The notes beneath the pieces are model-generated. The model was not told the DNA's origin, did no database searches, and worked only from the letters and a program-made list of their open reading frames with translations. A DNA stretch of 59,017 nt from a virus (lineage: Duplodnaviria; Caudoviricetes). A program made the position numbers and the translations under genes. Shown here piece by piece: positions 37,225 to 47,528 of the stretch (position 1 is the first letter of the stretch; the number at the start of each line of letters is the position of its first letter). The stretch covers positions 1-59,017 of IMG/VR virus record IMGVR_UViG_3300048576_000482. One strand, 5' to 3'.

Positions 37225-38067
37225 ATGCCCGAATACAGAATGGGACCGGCGAGAATTACCCATAATGGTGTTGTAAAAGATTGGTTTACTCGCGGTTGTA
37301 AGGTAACCATCGAGCCAACCCTTAAGGAAATCAAATGGGATCAGTACGGTGATACCAAGTATGATCAATTAGTCATGGGGGCGGCAGTTAGCCTCGAATT
37401 AGTTGTCGCGGTCAAAAAGACCGATGATATGGCAATATTTTTATCATGGGCTGACCTAGTTACCGATGGGGCTAAGTTATTGGTAGACGGGGTTGTCCAT
37501 ATTGGCCGGAGTCTCCGCGATGGAGCTAAGTCTTTATTGCTTCACCCGATTGATTTAGGTGATAGCGACGTTTCGAATGATGTTTATCTTCCGTTGGCAG
37601 CTTGCGTTGGAGGTTTCCAGAAGATTTTCGAGGGGACCAATGAAGATATATTTACTTCCAAATGGGAGGGCTTGATTGATCAGACCACTCTGAGACTCTT
37701 CCAAATCGGTGACCGCTCCGCTTCTGCGGATATTATTGCGCCGACGGTATCCAGTACAGTTCCGGTCGATAACGCGGAGGCCATTGCCAAGGCCATCGGA
37801 CTAAATATTGATTTTGTAATGTCTGAGGACATCAACCCGGATACTGCCGTAAAGGGTAATACCGTTATGCAAACTGTAACCGGCAGTACGTTATTTACCA
37901 ATTATACGGTATCGTATATTTCAGCGTCTAAAACCATCCGAATCACAACTGGGGCGGCGTTGGAAGCATCAACCGAGTATCTGGTTACGCTTACAACCGG
38001 CGTAAAAGATCTGTCGGGGAATGCGTTGGCGGCTCCGAATCAGTTGACGTTTACGACCGGAGTGTAA
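37225..38067 (+). CDS. Major tail protein with C-terminal Ig-like domain
   Basis: Position; C-terminal APTVSSTVP...FVMSEDI...LEASTEYLVTLTTGVKDLSGNAL. Confidence 0.8.
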   Translation: MPEYRMGPARITHNGVVKDWFTRGCKVTIEPTLKEIKWDQYGDTKYDQLVMGAAVSLELVVAVKKTDDMAIFLSWADLVTDGAKLLVDGVVHIGRSLRDGAKSLLLHPIDLGDSDVSNDVYLPLAACVGGFQKIFEGTNEDIFTSKWEGLIDQTTLRLFQIGDRSASADIIAPTVSSTVPVDNAEAIAKAIGLNIDFVMSEDINPDTAVKGNTVMQTVTGSTLFTNYTVSYISASKTIRITTGAALEASTEYLVTLTTGVKDLSGNALAAPNQLTFTTGV

Positions 38068-38118
38068 GCGGTAAGGCAACGAGTTAAATTAGCAAAAGTA
38101 ATATTAAGTAATACTTTA

Positions 38119-38158
38119 AAACAGAGTAGAGGGATCACCTCTCTACTCTGTTTATTTT
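38119..38158 (+). terminator. Rho-independent terminator
   Basis: AAACAGAGTAGAG...CTCTACTCTGTTT-ATTTT. Confidence 0.7.
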
Positions 38159-38180
38159 AAAGTGGAGGTATTAAAAAAAT

Positions 38181-38612
38181 ATGGAAACCTATATCAATCT
38201 TGATTTATTTACACCAAAATCATTAACCGTGCGAATTAACGGGACCGTGTATCCCGTGAAAGATATAACCATGGAGCATTTTTTGGAATTGCTTGAACTT
38301 AGCCGGGGAGCGATCGGGACCGACGAGACTTTGGATAAAACGATTAAAGAAATAAGGAAGACCACTGTAATTTCATCTTGGGTTCGGTTTAGAAAGTGGT
38401 TTAGTCGAATACTACGATTCGGCCGGCCCATTACAGAATATGAGGGAATTAATCGTTTATACCGGTTTCTCCACAAAGTCATGCCAACGGTACCCGGCGA
38501 GTTAATCTTAAATATGACTCAAGCTCAGATTGCAGCTTTGCTGGAATTTTTGATTCAATCCTGTTATGAGGGGCGGAATAACCCAAATTTTCGAAAACCG
38601 ATGTTAGGCTAA
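38181..38612 (+). CDS. Tail assembly chaperone (gpG-like)
   Basis: Between MTP and TMP; slippery site near the 3' end. Confidence 0.75.
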   Translation: METYINLDLFTPKSLTVRINGTVYPVKDITMEHFLELLELSRGAIGTDETLDKTIKEIRKTTVISSWVRFRKWFSRILRFGRPITEYEGINRLYRFLHKVMPTVPGELILNMTQAQIAALLEFLIQSCYEGRNNPNFRKPMLG

Positions 38613-38929
38613 ATAAAAAAGGCCAAAACGAAGATATTGAGCTTGACATCGGCAATATAATTGCGACATTTTTGCATTGGTACCCCGGACATCGGTTGGA
38701 AGATGTGCTTGGTATGGCGGCTCGGCATTTTTTTGTGCTTTATCACCAGATAAGCCAGATCCGGGAGCGGGCGAACTGGGATTTGTGGACCATGGTAAAT
38801 TATCAATATCTAAAAAAAGAGTCCCAGGATGAAATATTTAAAACTATGCGCGAAACCGCGTTCCCGGAAATTAAGAAGGAAAAGCCCTGGTGGGAAGACG
38901 TTAAACCAGGGCTGAATCGCATATCGTAA
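38582..38929 (+). CDS. gpT-like extension reached by -1 frameshift
   Basis: Overlapping heptamers C CCA AAT and A AAT TTT; the -1 frame is open from 38591 to the stop at 38929. Confidence 0.75.
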   Translation, partial: PKFSKTDVRLNKKGQNEDIELDIGNIIATFLHWYPGHRLEDVLGMAARHFFVLYHQISQIRERANWDLWTMVNYQYLKKESQDEIFKTMRETAFPEIKKEKPWWEDVKPGLNRIS

Positions 38930-38958
38930 CGCAACTTGTTACACTAATTTAGTAAAGG

Positions 38959-41700
38959 GTGATATTCTTGGCCGAATTTGACGCCGGAACAGTAAAAGCC
39001 ACAATGACCGCCGATACATCCGGCAGTCATGCGGCAGTGGAAAGGGTAAAAAAAGACTATAAGGATTTGGCCCAAGCCATTGCTGATGCGATGCGGACGG
39101 TCAAACAAGAGGAAAACGAGGCTAACCGGACCGAGCGGGAACGACAGCGAATTATGCAAGAGACGGCCCGTAAGGCCCGTGAAGCTGCTCAGGCCGAGAA
39201 GCAAGCAGCTCAAGAAAGAAAAGAGGCTTATCGTGACCTTGGCATAACTGCCGGGGTGGGATTCGGTGCAATTGTCCTGGCTATCAAAAAGGCCACTGAT
39301 GAAAATAATAAATTAAAAGCATCGATGACCGGATTAGATTCCGTGGCCATTGGTAACTTGGGGACGTATGACAAAATCAAGACCAAGCTCCAGGAAATTC
39401 AGGCCGACGGTATGATCCCACTTACCAACGCTACAGCGGCATATAAAAACCTTATTTCCAGGTACAAAGATGAGGATGTCGCTATCCAAATGTTTGACCG
39501 GCTGGCAAACTCCGCTGCATTCGGCAGACAGGCTCATCTTTCTTTAGGAGAGGCTATTGAAGGCGCCAGTGAGGGCTTGAAAAATGAAAATAGCGTACTC
39601 GTCGATAATGTCGGTGTGACCGAAAACGTCTCCCAGATGTGGGCGAAATATGCAGCGGTCATTGGAAAAGGGGCAAATTCATTGACACTTGCCGAAAAGC
39701 GCCAAGCTGAAATAAACGGTGTCATGGAGGCCACCCGGTTCCAAATGGGAGACATGGCAAAACTCCAAGACCAATTATCCGGACAGATGGCGAAAGCGAC
39801 CGTCGAAACTACTATGACTGCCGTAGCTTTTGGTGATGCTTTGGAACCGGCGATGACTGGGGTGGTTGGAGGATTCGCAGGACTTATGAAAGGAGTTCGC
39901 GAGTTTATCCAGGCTAATCCTGGATTAGTCTCCGGAATAACTACCGCAGCGCTGGCAATGACTGGGTTAGTGTCTGTAACCTCTGCCTGGATAGCTCTTG
40001 ACATTGGTAAAAAAATTGCCGCTGGATTTACGGCTTTGACTGGACCGGTAGGGATTTCAGTTATGGCTCTTTCGGCACTGGCGGCCGTTTTTGTCGGGGT
40101 AGCCACCGCCGAAGCAAAGGCACGGGAGGAAAATGATAAACTTATCCAATCCACTCGGGATGAGGTTCGAAATACTAATGATTTAATCAATGAATATCAA
40201 AGCTTATCATCCAAGGCAAATAAAACCACTGCTGAAAAGCAAAAATTGCTTGATATATCCAATAAAATTGCTAAAGCTCTTCCGGAATCCGTAAAAGGTT
40301 ATACAAAAGAAGGCGATGCCATCATTGATGTCAACGCAGCCCTCGTTAATATGATTGCCCTCAAAAGAAAAGAGCTGGATTTACAAGCCAAAAAGCTGGA
40401 TTTTGATATAAAAGATCTTGAAAATCAAAACAGTTTCTTACGGCAGGAAAAACAGACAATTGAGATGGCGAATGAACGGGCCGGAAGTTACGGAAAATCC
40501 CGTATGAGTGCTGAACAATTAAAAGAAGCTGAAGATGATTACACGAATACTATTAATAAAAAAACTGCTGCTATTACCAAAAACCAAGCGGCTATCGATG
40601 CTTTGAAAGACAAGCAAAAAGCTTTGCGAGAAGAATCTAAAAATGTGACCGTGGAATCTATTCGAAAAGAGTTACAATTAACTGTCAAAGAAACTAAAAC
40701 TGAAGAGCCGAACGAAGAACCAGGTCTTACCGATTCCCAGAAACAAAAACAAGCTGAATTAAAGCTTAAACTCGAAGCGGAAAGTTTGGAAGCAATTGGG
40801 GCGATGCGCGAGGCTGCTTTAAAAGAAGAAGAATTGCGTTACGAGAAAGAAAAACAGATCGCCAAGGGAAATAAAGCTCTTTTAGCTGAAGCCGAACAGA
40901 ATCACCAGTTACGGATTTATACAATCAATCGAGAATATGACCAGAAAGACCAGGAGATATCCGATGAACGGCTGAAGCGATACCAGCAAGCCATTAATGA
41001 CAAATATCAACTGGAACGCAATCTCACTGACTGGCAAAAACAAGAGTTGCTTAAACGGATGCAGGCTGAACTCGATACGCTATTGGAAATCAATGGCGCA
41101 AGTATTGAGGAAATACAGGCGTTACAAATGGCGATTGAAAAATTATCTCAAGAGACTATGCCGGATATGGAGCAAAAAACGGCTGAATGGGGTCAAGAAT
41201 TGATCGATAGTATGTCAGCAGCTATTGCCCGGGGCGAATCACTCAATGATGTATTTAAAAATCTACTTACGTCAATAGCTGAATATACCATTAAAACAAA
41301 AATACTGCAGCCATTGTTAGGCCCTATTTTTGACACATTTCATTCCGGAGGTATTGTTCAAAAATATCATTCCGGAGGAATGATTACGGACATCATGGCG
41401 CCGGTTCGTGCTCATACCGGAATGTTAGTCGGCGATTTAAAACGGGACGAGGTGCCGATTATCGCCCAGACGGGTGAGCGGGTATTAAACCGAAAAGAGA
41501 CCGCAGCATATGAAGCCGGTAAAAGTGCATCAGGAGAAGCAGCATCAATCGTCCAGCAACAACCTATTATAAATAATTACAATATCAGTGCTATGGACGC
41601 CCAAAGCTTTGCCGCTTTCGCTGCTCAAAATCACGATGCCATTGGTAATGCTTGGGCAATCAATCGGGGCCGCAATGGAGCAGCCAGGAGGACGAAATAG
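38959..41700 (+). CDS. Tape measure protein
   Basis: 913 aa, helical and Ala-rich, with TM-like segment; C-terminal FHSGG...EVPIIAQTGERVL. Confidence 0.9.
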   Translation: MIFLAEFDAGTVKATMTADTSGSHAAVERVKKDYKDLAQAIADAMRTVKQEENEANRTERERQRIMQETARKAREAAQAEKQAAQERKEAYRDLGITAGVGFGAIVLAIKKATDENNKLKASMTGLDSVAIGNLGTYDKIKTKLQEIQADGMIPLTNATAAYKNLISRYKDEDVAIQMFDRLANSAAFGRQAHLSLGEAIEGASEGLKNENSVLVDNVGVTENVSQMWAKYAAVIGKGANSLTLAEKRQAEINGVMEATRFQMGDMAKLQDQLSGQMAKATVETTMTAVAFGDALEPAMTGVVGGFAGLMKGVREFIQANPGLVSGITTAALAMTGLVSVTSAWIALDIGKKIAAGFTALTGPVGISVMALSALAAVFVGVATAEAKAREENDKLIQSTRDEVRNTNDLINEYQSLSSKANKTTAEKQKLLDISNKIAKALPESVKGYTKEGDAIIDVNAALVNMIALKRKELDLQAKKLDFDIKDLENQNSFLRQEKQTIEMANERAGSYGKSRMSAEQLKEAEDDYTNTINKKTAAITKNQAAIDALKDKQKALREESKNVTVESIRKELQLTVKETKTEEPNEEPGLTDSQKQKQAELKLKLEAESLEAIGAMREAALKEEELRYEKEKQIAKGNKALLAEAEQNHQLRIYTINREYDQKDQEISDERLKRYQQAINDKYQLERNLTDWQKQELLKRMQAELDTLLEINGASIEEIQALQMAIEKLSQETMPDMEQKTAEWGQELIDSMSAAIARGESLNDVFKNLLTSIAEYTIKTKILQPLLGPIFDTFHSGGIVQKYHSGGMITDIMAPVRAHTGMLVGDLKRDEVPIIAQTGERVLNRKETAAYEAGKSASGEAASIVQQQPIINNYNISAMDAQSFAAFAAQNHDAIGNAWAINRGRNGAARRTK

Positions 41701-42024
41701 ATGGAACGATGGTCTTTTATTAATCCTCCGGAGATTGAGCGGGGATCTAATCATAAAAACTTAGTAACCCAGTACGAAAACGGCCGGGAGCAGGTTAGGA
41801 ACAAATTTTCATGGCTAACTTGGACCATTCGTTTCAATCGGTCGTTTACCGAGAGCGAACAGTTTTTCGCTTTTTATACGGCTCGAAAGGGTTCGTGTGA
41901 GGCGTTCGAATTTGTAGACCAAGGAATCGTTTATACCGTAAGGTTTTCACAGGATTCTTTATCAAAGACAGACTTTTTAACCGCTGCATCCAATTACGGA
42001 ATCACTTTAAAGCAGGTGTTATAA
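41701..42024 (+). CDS. Distal tail protein (lambda gpM / DUF2460-like)
   Basis: ENGREQ, FFAFYTARKGSCEAF and YTVRF. Confidence 0.65.
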   Translation: MERWSFINPPEIERGSNHKNLVTQYENGREQVRNKFSWLTWTIRFNRSFTESEQFFAFYTARKGSCEAFEFVDQGIVYTVRFSQDSLSKTDFLTAASNYGITLKQVL

Positions 42025-43175
42025 TGCCTAAGATACTATCATCACCGTTTCTTACCGAGGCCGGGAAATACGCAAACCGGCCGGTCGAACTATATCAATT
42101 TTATTTGGATGAGCAGACGCTTTATTTTGCGGCTCACCCAACTAATATCCATTTTTACAACGAATCCGGTAATGAAACGACATATTATGCCTGGGGGCTG
42201 TCTCGATCCGCGGTCAAAACAGATACATCATCCCAGATTGATGAGGTGACCATATATCTGGATAACGTGACGTTGGACATGTCGGCGATTATCGGACATA
42301 CAAACTTAGTCGGGCGCCGGGCGGTTGTTTGGAAAGTGTTCCGGATGGTGCCGGTGGAAGTTGAGGAAATTTTAATAGAAGGTACAATTGAAAATGATAT
42401 CCGGATCTCTCCAGCCTATGATTTATCCGAATACGGAACTTGTGAAGATTCGTCAATCCGGTGGGCACTACAAGACGGACAATCAGCAAAGGTTGAAACA
42501 AGCATATCAATCGACGGCGGCACTACTTGGAGCGATTGGGTGGAAGTAGTTTCCGGGCAAACTGTTCCAGGTCTATATTACAATATGGATTTGTCGCTGG
42601 TGCAGTTCAAGATTCGCCAGAATCCGGCTTCAGCCATATCAGCTAGTTATTTTGCTATTGGAACTTTGGGAAATACAAATAGTGGTGTAGATGATTACGG
42701 CGTGATTTTCGACGGATTGATGGATGAGCCTGTTATATCAGAATATAACGCCAAAGTTACAGTGCTTTCCGATTTGGATTTTTTGGGTAGCGATTTCCCG
42801 GGACGAATATACCGGCGGTTATGTACGGTTAAATTTGGCAGTACGTCCTGTGGGGTTAGCTTGGGTACCGTCACAGGAACGGTGTCCAGTGTAAATATAG
42901 ATGGGGTGACATTAACTCTATCCGGACGATCCGAGGCGGGTAATTATTTTGAGGATGGTATACTGATAGTCGGCAGCGAATACCGGCGGGTGATGTCGTC
43001 TAATGCCGGGACAATTGTAGTGGATTATCCGTTTGTAGAAAATGTGGTTGGTGATAGTTATACACTCCGGCGCGGCTGTGATAAGCGTTACGATACATGT
43101 TCCGGGAGATTTGCCAACCAAGCCAATTTCCGGGGGTTCCGGAGCGTGCCAAACGAAGTGAGGATATTCCGATGA
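42024..43175 (+). CDS. Tail tip hub protein (gpL / DUF2163-BR0599-like) with inserted domain
   Basis: PVELYQF; C-x8-C; GCDKRYDTCSGRFANQANFRGF. Confidence 0.75.
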   Translation: MPKILSSPFLTEAGKYANRPVELYQFYLDEQTLYFAAHPTNIHFYNESGNETTYYAWGLSRSAVKTDTSSQIDEVTIYLDNVTLDMSAIIGHTNLVGRRAVVWKVFRMVPVEVEEILIEGTIENDIRISPAYDLSEYGTCEDSSIRWALQDGQSAKVETSISIDGGTTWSDWVEVVSGQTVPGLYYNMDLSLVQFKIRQNPASAISASYFAIGTLGNTNSGVDDYGVIFDGLMDEPVISEYNAKVTVLSDLDFLGSDFPGRIYRRLCTVKFGSTSCGVSLGTVTGTVSSVNIDGVTLTLSGRSEAGNYFEDGILIVGSEYRRVMSSNAGTIVVDYPFVENVVGDSYTLRRGCDKRYDTCSGRFANQANFRGFRSVPNEVRIFR

Positions 43176-43579
43176 ATCAGATAGAGACCATTATTTCAAA
43201 GTATATCGGCGTGCCTTATCTCCATGGCGGCCGTGACATCAAAACTGGTCTCGATTGTCTGGGACTATGCTATTTAATTTATCGCGATTTTGGTATAAAC
43301 ATTCCAGATGGAGACGGTAGCGAATATCCTCCGGATTGGTTTATGTTTGACAAAGAACGATACATCCGGGGGATATTAACGCATGGCCAAGCGGTTGAGT
43401 TATCAAAACTAAAACCGCTTGATTTTGTTTATTTCAGCATGGCTGGAATAATCACTCATACCGGAGTAATGGTGGATACTTACCGATTTATACACGTGCT
43501 CGAAAATAAATCGGTCTGTATCGAACAATTAAGTTCCCCCTGGCGGAGACGGTTGGCCGGGGCGAGGAGGTTTGTCTAA
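43172..43579 (+). CDS. NlpC/P60 tail-tip peptidase (gpK-like)
   Basis: YIGVPYLHGGRD..GLDCLGL; HTGV; FIH. Confidence 0.88.
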   Translation: MNQIETIISKYIGVPYLHGGRDIKTGLDCLGLCYLIYRDFGINIPDGDGSEYPPDWFMFDKERYIRGILTHGQAVELSKLKPLDFVYFSMAGIITHTGVMVDTYRFIHVLENKSVCIEQLSSPWRRRLAGARRFV

Positions 43580-46500
43580 TGGGAGCAGGGGCATTAATTG
43601 GAGCGTTGGTTGGAGGTCTGTCCAGTGGTAACGTACTAGGGGGCGCTTTAATGCATTTTTTTGGCGACTCCATCCTCACCGGTATCATGACCGGGGCATC
43701 CCTGGGCTCCCTTTTTGATCAGTCGGCAACGTCGAGCACTTATGAATTCGGGTCGAGTCAAAACACCAGGTCAAACCGGCTCCCCATACCGGTTATCTAT
43801 GGCCGGTGCAAAGTAGCGGGGAATGTAGTTTATGAATCCAGACCTGACCCGATTGCTATTAAAAACGAGACTTTGAGTAATCCATCTGGGAATAAACAAA
43901 ATTATTTATTTGCTCATGGTGATATTTTTTTATCTCCAGCCCCGGTGATAAAGTTATACCGATATTATAATTTATGGGGCGGCCGCGTCCAATATAACGA
44001 AACAGTCATAGTGGATTCGAGCCAGTACTCGATCAATGAAGTAAACGGAGAATTAAATTTTTATCAGGCACTGGTGGTTCCGACATCTCCAAATGGTGGG
44101 ATTACTCAAGAGGTACGAGCCGATTATACCTACCAACCGGCCACGAGCGGTCAAATTAAAATCCAGGTTGCTTTGGGCGAAGGGCCGGTCCAAAGTGTAT
44201 CGGACATTAAAATCAATAATGTAGCCATTGAGCGTATCGCGAATGCCTCGTGGTCAATTTATTATGGGACTTCAAGCCAAGTGGCGGATTCCCGAAACCC
44301 GATTGGTGAAGCTTTTCGGGATGTAGCATATTTATCTATATCTTTGCAGGCTAATGATCAGGTGTCCGGGACGGTCACGGCCACCGCAATTGTAGAGGGT
44401 CGGATAGTAAACGTGTGGGATTCCGACGCCGGAGCATGGATACAAACATACAGCCGGAATCCGGTTTGGTGTCTGTTGGACATGTTGACGAATACCAGGT
44501 ATGGTAAGGGCATACCGACAAGTAAAATTAATCTGGAGAGTTTTAAAGCGGTGGCGCCATACTGTGATGCGCTGGTCGATAATGGCAACGGTGGCCAAGA
44601 GTCCCGTTTTTTATTCGATTACAGTTTCGACTCTATCATTGATTCTAGCGATGCTATCGAAGAAATCTTGAAGACATTCGGCGGCATGTTAATTCGTGCA
44701 GACGGACAAATCCAATTGCGCGTTGAACAGTCAGAGGCAGCGACGTTTGCATTTGACAGCACTAATATCATCGAGGGCAGTTTTACATACCAGCCCAGGC
44801 AGAGGTCTAAAGAGATTCCAAACCGGGTTGTCATCGAGTTTATTAACCCCAACAATAACCGCAATGCTTGGGAAATGGACGCGGTGGTCATCGACGATGA
44901 ATGGGACCAGGAGCAGCGTGGTAAAATCATCGAGAAAAAACTACAATATCGGGGCATCACCCGGGCCAGCCAGGCCGGTCGAATGGGTTGGCTGGTTTAT
45001 GACAAGCTCCGTTGGTGCGGGGCGATATGCCAATTTAGAGTTGGGATTGACTCGATCGCCAATACAGTTGGCGACGTTGTAACGATCAACCACATGTTAT
45101 CCGGAGGAGTGGCGAAGAAGTTTAGAATATTATCCATGGAAGAGGCCGAGAATGACGAAGCCACGATTACGGCAATGATTCACCGGGATGACATTTTTCA
45201 TGATCGCGGGGTTGTATATGTGCCGGTGCCGGAGACTAGTCTGCCTGATCCGTTTAGCGTGCCGGACCCGACCGGGCTGGTGTTAAGTGAATCTACATAT
45301 TTAAACAACTCCGGGGAAGTCATCCCGGAAATTACTGTGGAGTTTAGCGCGGCGTCGCAATATACGTTTTATTATGGCACGCAAATTCAAATATCCAATG
45401 ACGCTGGAACCACTTGGCAGGATGTGGGGACGCCTATAATTGGCAGTTACAAAATCCACGGAATACAAGTTGGCACCAGCTACCAGGTGCGCCTCAGAAC
45501 CATATCCCGTGGTGGGATACCAAGCACCGGGATTATTGGTAATATTACATTAGATGGTAAAGTAACCCCACCAGCGTTAATAACATCGGATGCGCCGGTG
45601 GTCTACCGGGGGTTGCGCCAAATATCGTTAACTTGGAGCGGATCGGACGATACCGATATTACGTATTATGTGGTCGAGCGTAGCGAGGCCATAGCTACAT
45701 GGGACGAGGGTAACAAACAATATATAGTTCCATCTTCTCCAGAGTGGAGTGATTGGGGAGTTTTAATAAAAATAAAAGGGCTCAGTTTTACAGATCCCAA
45801 CGTGGAGTATAACAAGGTATATCGGTATCGGTATCGCGCACGGGATAACTCAAACAATTATAGTAGTTATTCGGACGCTTCGACCCCGACTGCAGGGAGC
45901 GCCGAGGGAATCCCAGAACAAACGCAAGCTGTTGATTTAAGCCAACACATTGCAGAGGCCTTGGCCGAAAATGTTGCGTGGTACCCGAGCGATATAGCGT
46001 CAAAAAACACAAAAACCATTAATTATTGCGAAACGGCATTTAGCGCTAACACGTGGACGGGGATAGCCGGTACATCCGGCACAAATGTGACTTACGTTAA
46101 AACTGGAAATGTGTCCATCTACATAAACTCAGCAACTAACTATGGCGGGGCGTCAGTTGTAGCGAGTCTAAATTTAGCCGTTTTTGGTGATGGATCAGTA
46201 AGCACAACAGATGATTATATTTGTTTTGCGGTATATATAAGCACAGTAAGCTTAAGCTACGTATCAACCGGGCTACTGTTGCGGTTTTTTTGCGATACCA
46301 AGCCAACGGCGATAAACCGGTTTGCATACTCTATACCAAAAACCAGTCTGTCTCCAGACACTTGGACAATGTTTGCAATACCAAAAACTGCGTTTACGAT
46401 ATACGGATCGCCGAACTGGTCAAACATAACCGGGTTTGATTGGGTTTTTGAGGGTGCTCCATCGGCAAACGCGGCGTTTTTTGTCGATGCATTCCAGATG

Positions 46501-47451
46501 GTACGGCGGGACCCAGTAGAGGCGAAGCCGAACCCATTCCAGACCAAAATCAACAATACCTGGGTGAGATTGATGGATATTCGATCTGGTCACTGGTATG
46601 TCGGTGCCGAGACTGCGAGCGCGACGCAAATTACATGTCGCAATCTAAATCCTAGCAATGACAATATGTCGCTGCAAAGCAATTATCCGTTTGCTGGCAG
46701 TTGGCAGATCGATGGGCATTCGATTTGCAAGGTCGCAAATAATATTGATGGATATGGTTGGTACATCGACGAGGATAATTATATCCAGGCTTATGTTGAT
46801 AGTGGTATATTGTATTTGGTTACATGTGAGGGCGGAATTGTTAGCAATGTATTAGCGTCATTATCTATTATTGCCAATGACAAAGTGCATTTTCGGCTCA
46901 ACCGGCAGGGATCGTCGGTTACATTACTAGTCGTTAAAAATGGTCAGATGGCAACGTCAAAGGCATTAACGATTGAAACATCGTTAAGTCTTTTGGAAAA
47001 TGGTTATCTGGGAGTTATAAGCAGCACGGGCAAAGGGTTTAATATGTTATTGACTGCCATCAGCCGGGGTGTATATGCTGGGGCCGCCGGAACTGCGGGG
47101 AGTGCCGAGATTGCGAGCAGGGCGTATTTGGCAGACGTGGCAGTCGCAGCGGATAGTCTTAGCTCAATTGCAACTGCAGCACAATTCGCAATGTCGCGTT
47201 CCGCAAACGGTTATCAAAAATTTCCAACAGGTATAATAATACAATGGGGATCAGGGGCTAATCAGCAGCCTAATATACTTAATGTTACCTTTCCGACGCA
47301 GTTTCCCACTGCTTGTTTTGTTGTAATACCAACTGTAGCGGTACAGCAATTAGTCTCTATTGCCGCGATTAATCTTTCACAGACAGGTTGTCAAATATAT
47401 AATGGTCTGTCAACTGGATATTGGTTTGCTTGGATGGCAATAGGGTGGTAA
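43579..47451 (+). CDS. Central tail fibre / host-specificity protein (gpJ-like)
   Basis: IPVIYG, LGEGPV and NPVWCLLDMLTNTRYG; Fn3-like repeats; C-terminal NGYQKFPTGIIIQWG..FPTQFP fibre-tip domain. Confidence 0.88.
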   Translation: MGAGALIGALVGGLSSGNVLGGALMHFFGDSILTGIMTGASLGSLFDQSATSSTYEFGSSQNTRSNRLPIPVIYGRCKVAGNVVYESRPDPIAIKNETLSNPSGNKQNYLFAHGDIFLSPAPVIKLYRYYNLWGGRVQYNETVIVDSSQYSINEVNGELNFYQALVVPTSPNGGITQEVRADYTYQPATSGQIKIQVALGEGPVQSVSDIKINNVAIERIANASWSIYYGTSSQVADSRNPIGEAFRDVAYLSISLQANDQVSGTVTATAIVEGRIVNVWDSDAGAWIQTYSRNPVWCLLDMLTNTRYGKGIPTSKINLESFKAVAPYCDALVDNGNGGQESRFLFDYSFDSIIDSSDAIEEILKTFGGMLIRADGQIQLRVEQSEAATFAFDSTNIIEGSFTYQPRQRSKEIPNRVVIEFINPNNNRNAWEMDAVVIDDEWDQEQRGKIIEKKLQYRGITRASQAGRMGWLVYDKLRWCGAICQFRVGIDSIANTVGDVVTINHMLSGGVAKKFRILSMEEAENDEATITAMIHRDDIFHDRGVVYVPVPETSLPDPFSVPDPTGLVLSESTYLNNSGEVIPEITVEFSAASQYTFYYGTQIQISNDAGTTWQDVGTPIIGSYKIHGIQVGTSYQVRLRTISRGGIPSTGIIGNITLDGKVTPPALITSDAPVVYRGLRQISLTWSGSDDTDITYYVVERSEAIATWDEGNKQYIVPSSPEWSDWGVLIKIKGLSFTDPNVEYNKVYRYRYRARDNSNNYSSYSDASTPTAGSAEGIPEQTQAVDLSQHIAEALAENVAWYPSDIASKNTKTINYCETAFSANTWTGIAGTSGTNVTYVKTGNVSIYINSATNYGGASVVASLNLAVFGDGSVSTTDDYICFAVYISTVSLSYVSTGLLLRFFCDTKPTAINRFAYSIPKTSLSPDTWTMFAIPKTAFTIYGSPNWSNITGFDWVFEGAPSANAAFFVDAFQMVRRDPVEAKPNPFQTKINNTWVRLMDIRSGHWYVGAETASATQITCRNLNPSNDNMSLQSNYPFAGSWQIDGHSICKVANNIDGYGWYIDEDNYIQAYVDSGILYLVTCEGGIVSNVLASLSIIANDKVHFRLNRQGSSVTLLVVKNGQMATSKALTIETSLSLLENGYLGVISSTGKGFNMLLTAISRGVYAGAAGTAGSAEIASRAYLADVAVAADSLSSIATAAQFAMSRSANGYQKFPTGIIIQWGSGANQQPNILNVTFPTQFPTACFVVIPTVAVQQLVSIAAINLSQTGCQIYNGLSTGYWFAWMAIGW

Positions 47452-47528
47452 CGATTTAATTTTTGAAAAATAGATCTCAATAATTGTAAATATTTATGAT
47501 ATTATGGATTTAAGGGGGTGCTTTAAAA

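Noticed and set aside
39534-40190. 218-aa antisense ORF and similar shadow ORFs (e.g. 10427..10834, 31843..32313, 28216..28629)
   Set aside because: They lie opposite well-supported genes, lack an RBS or motifs, and reflect codon bias
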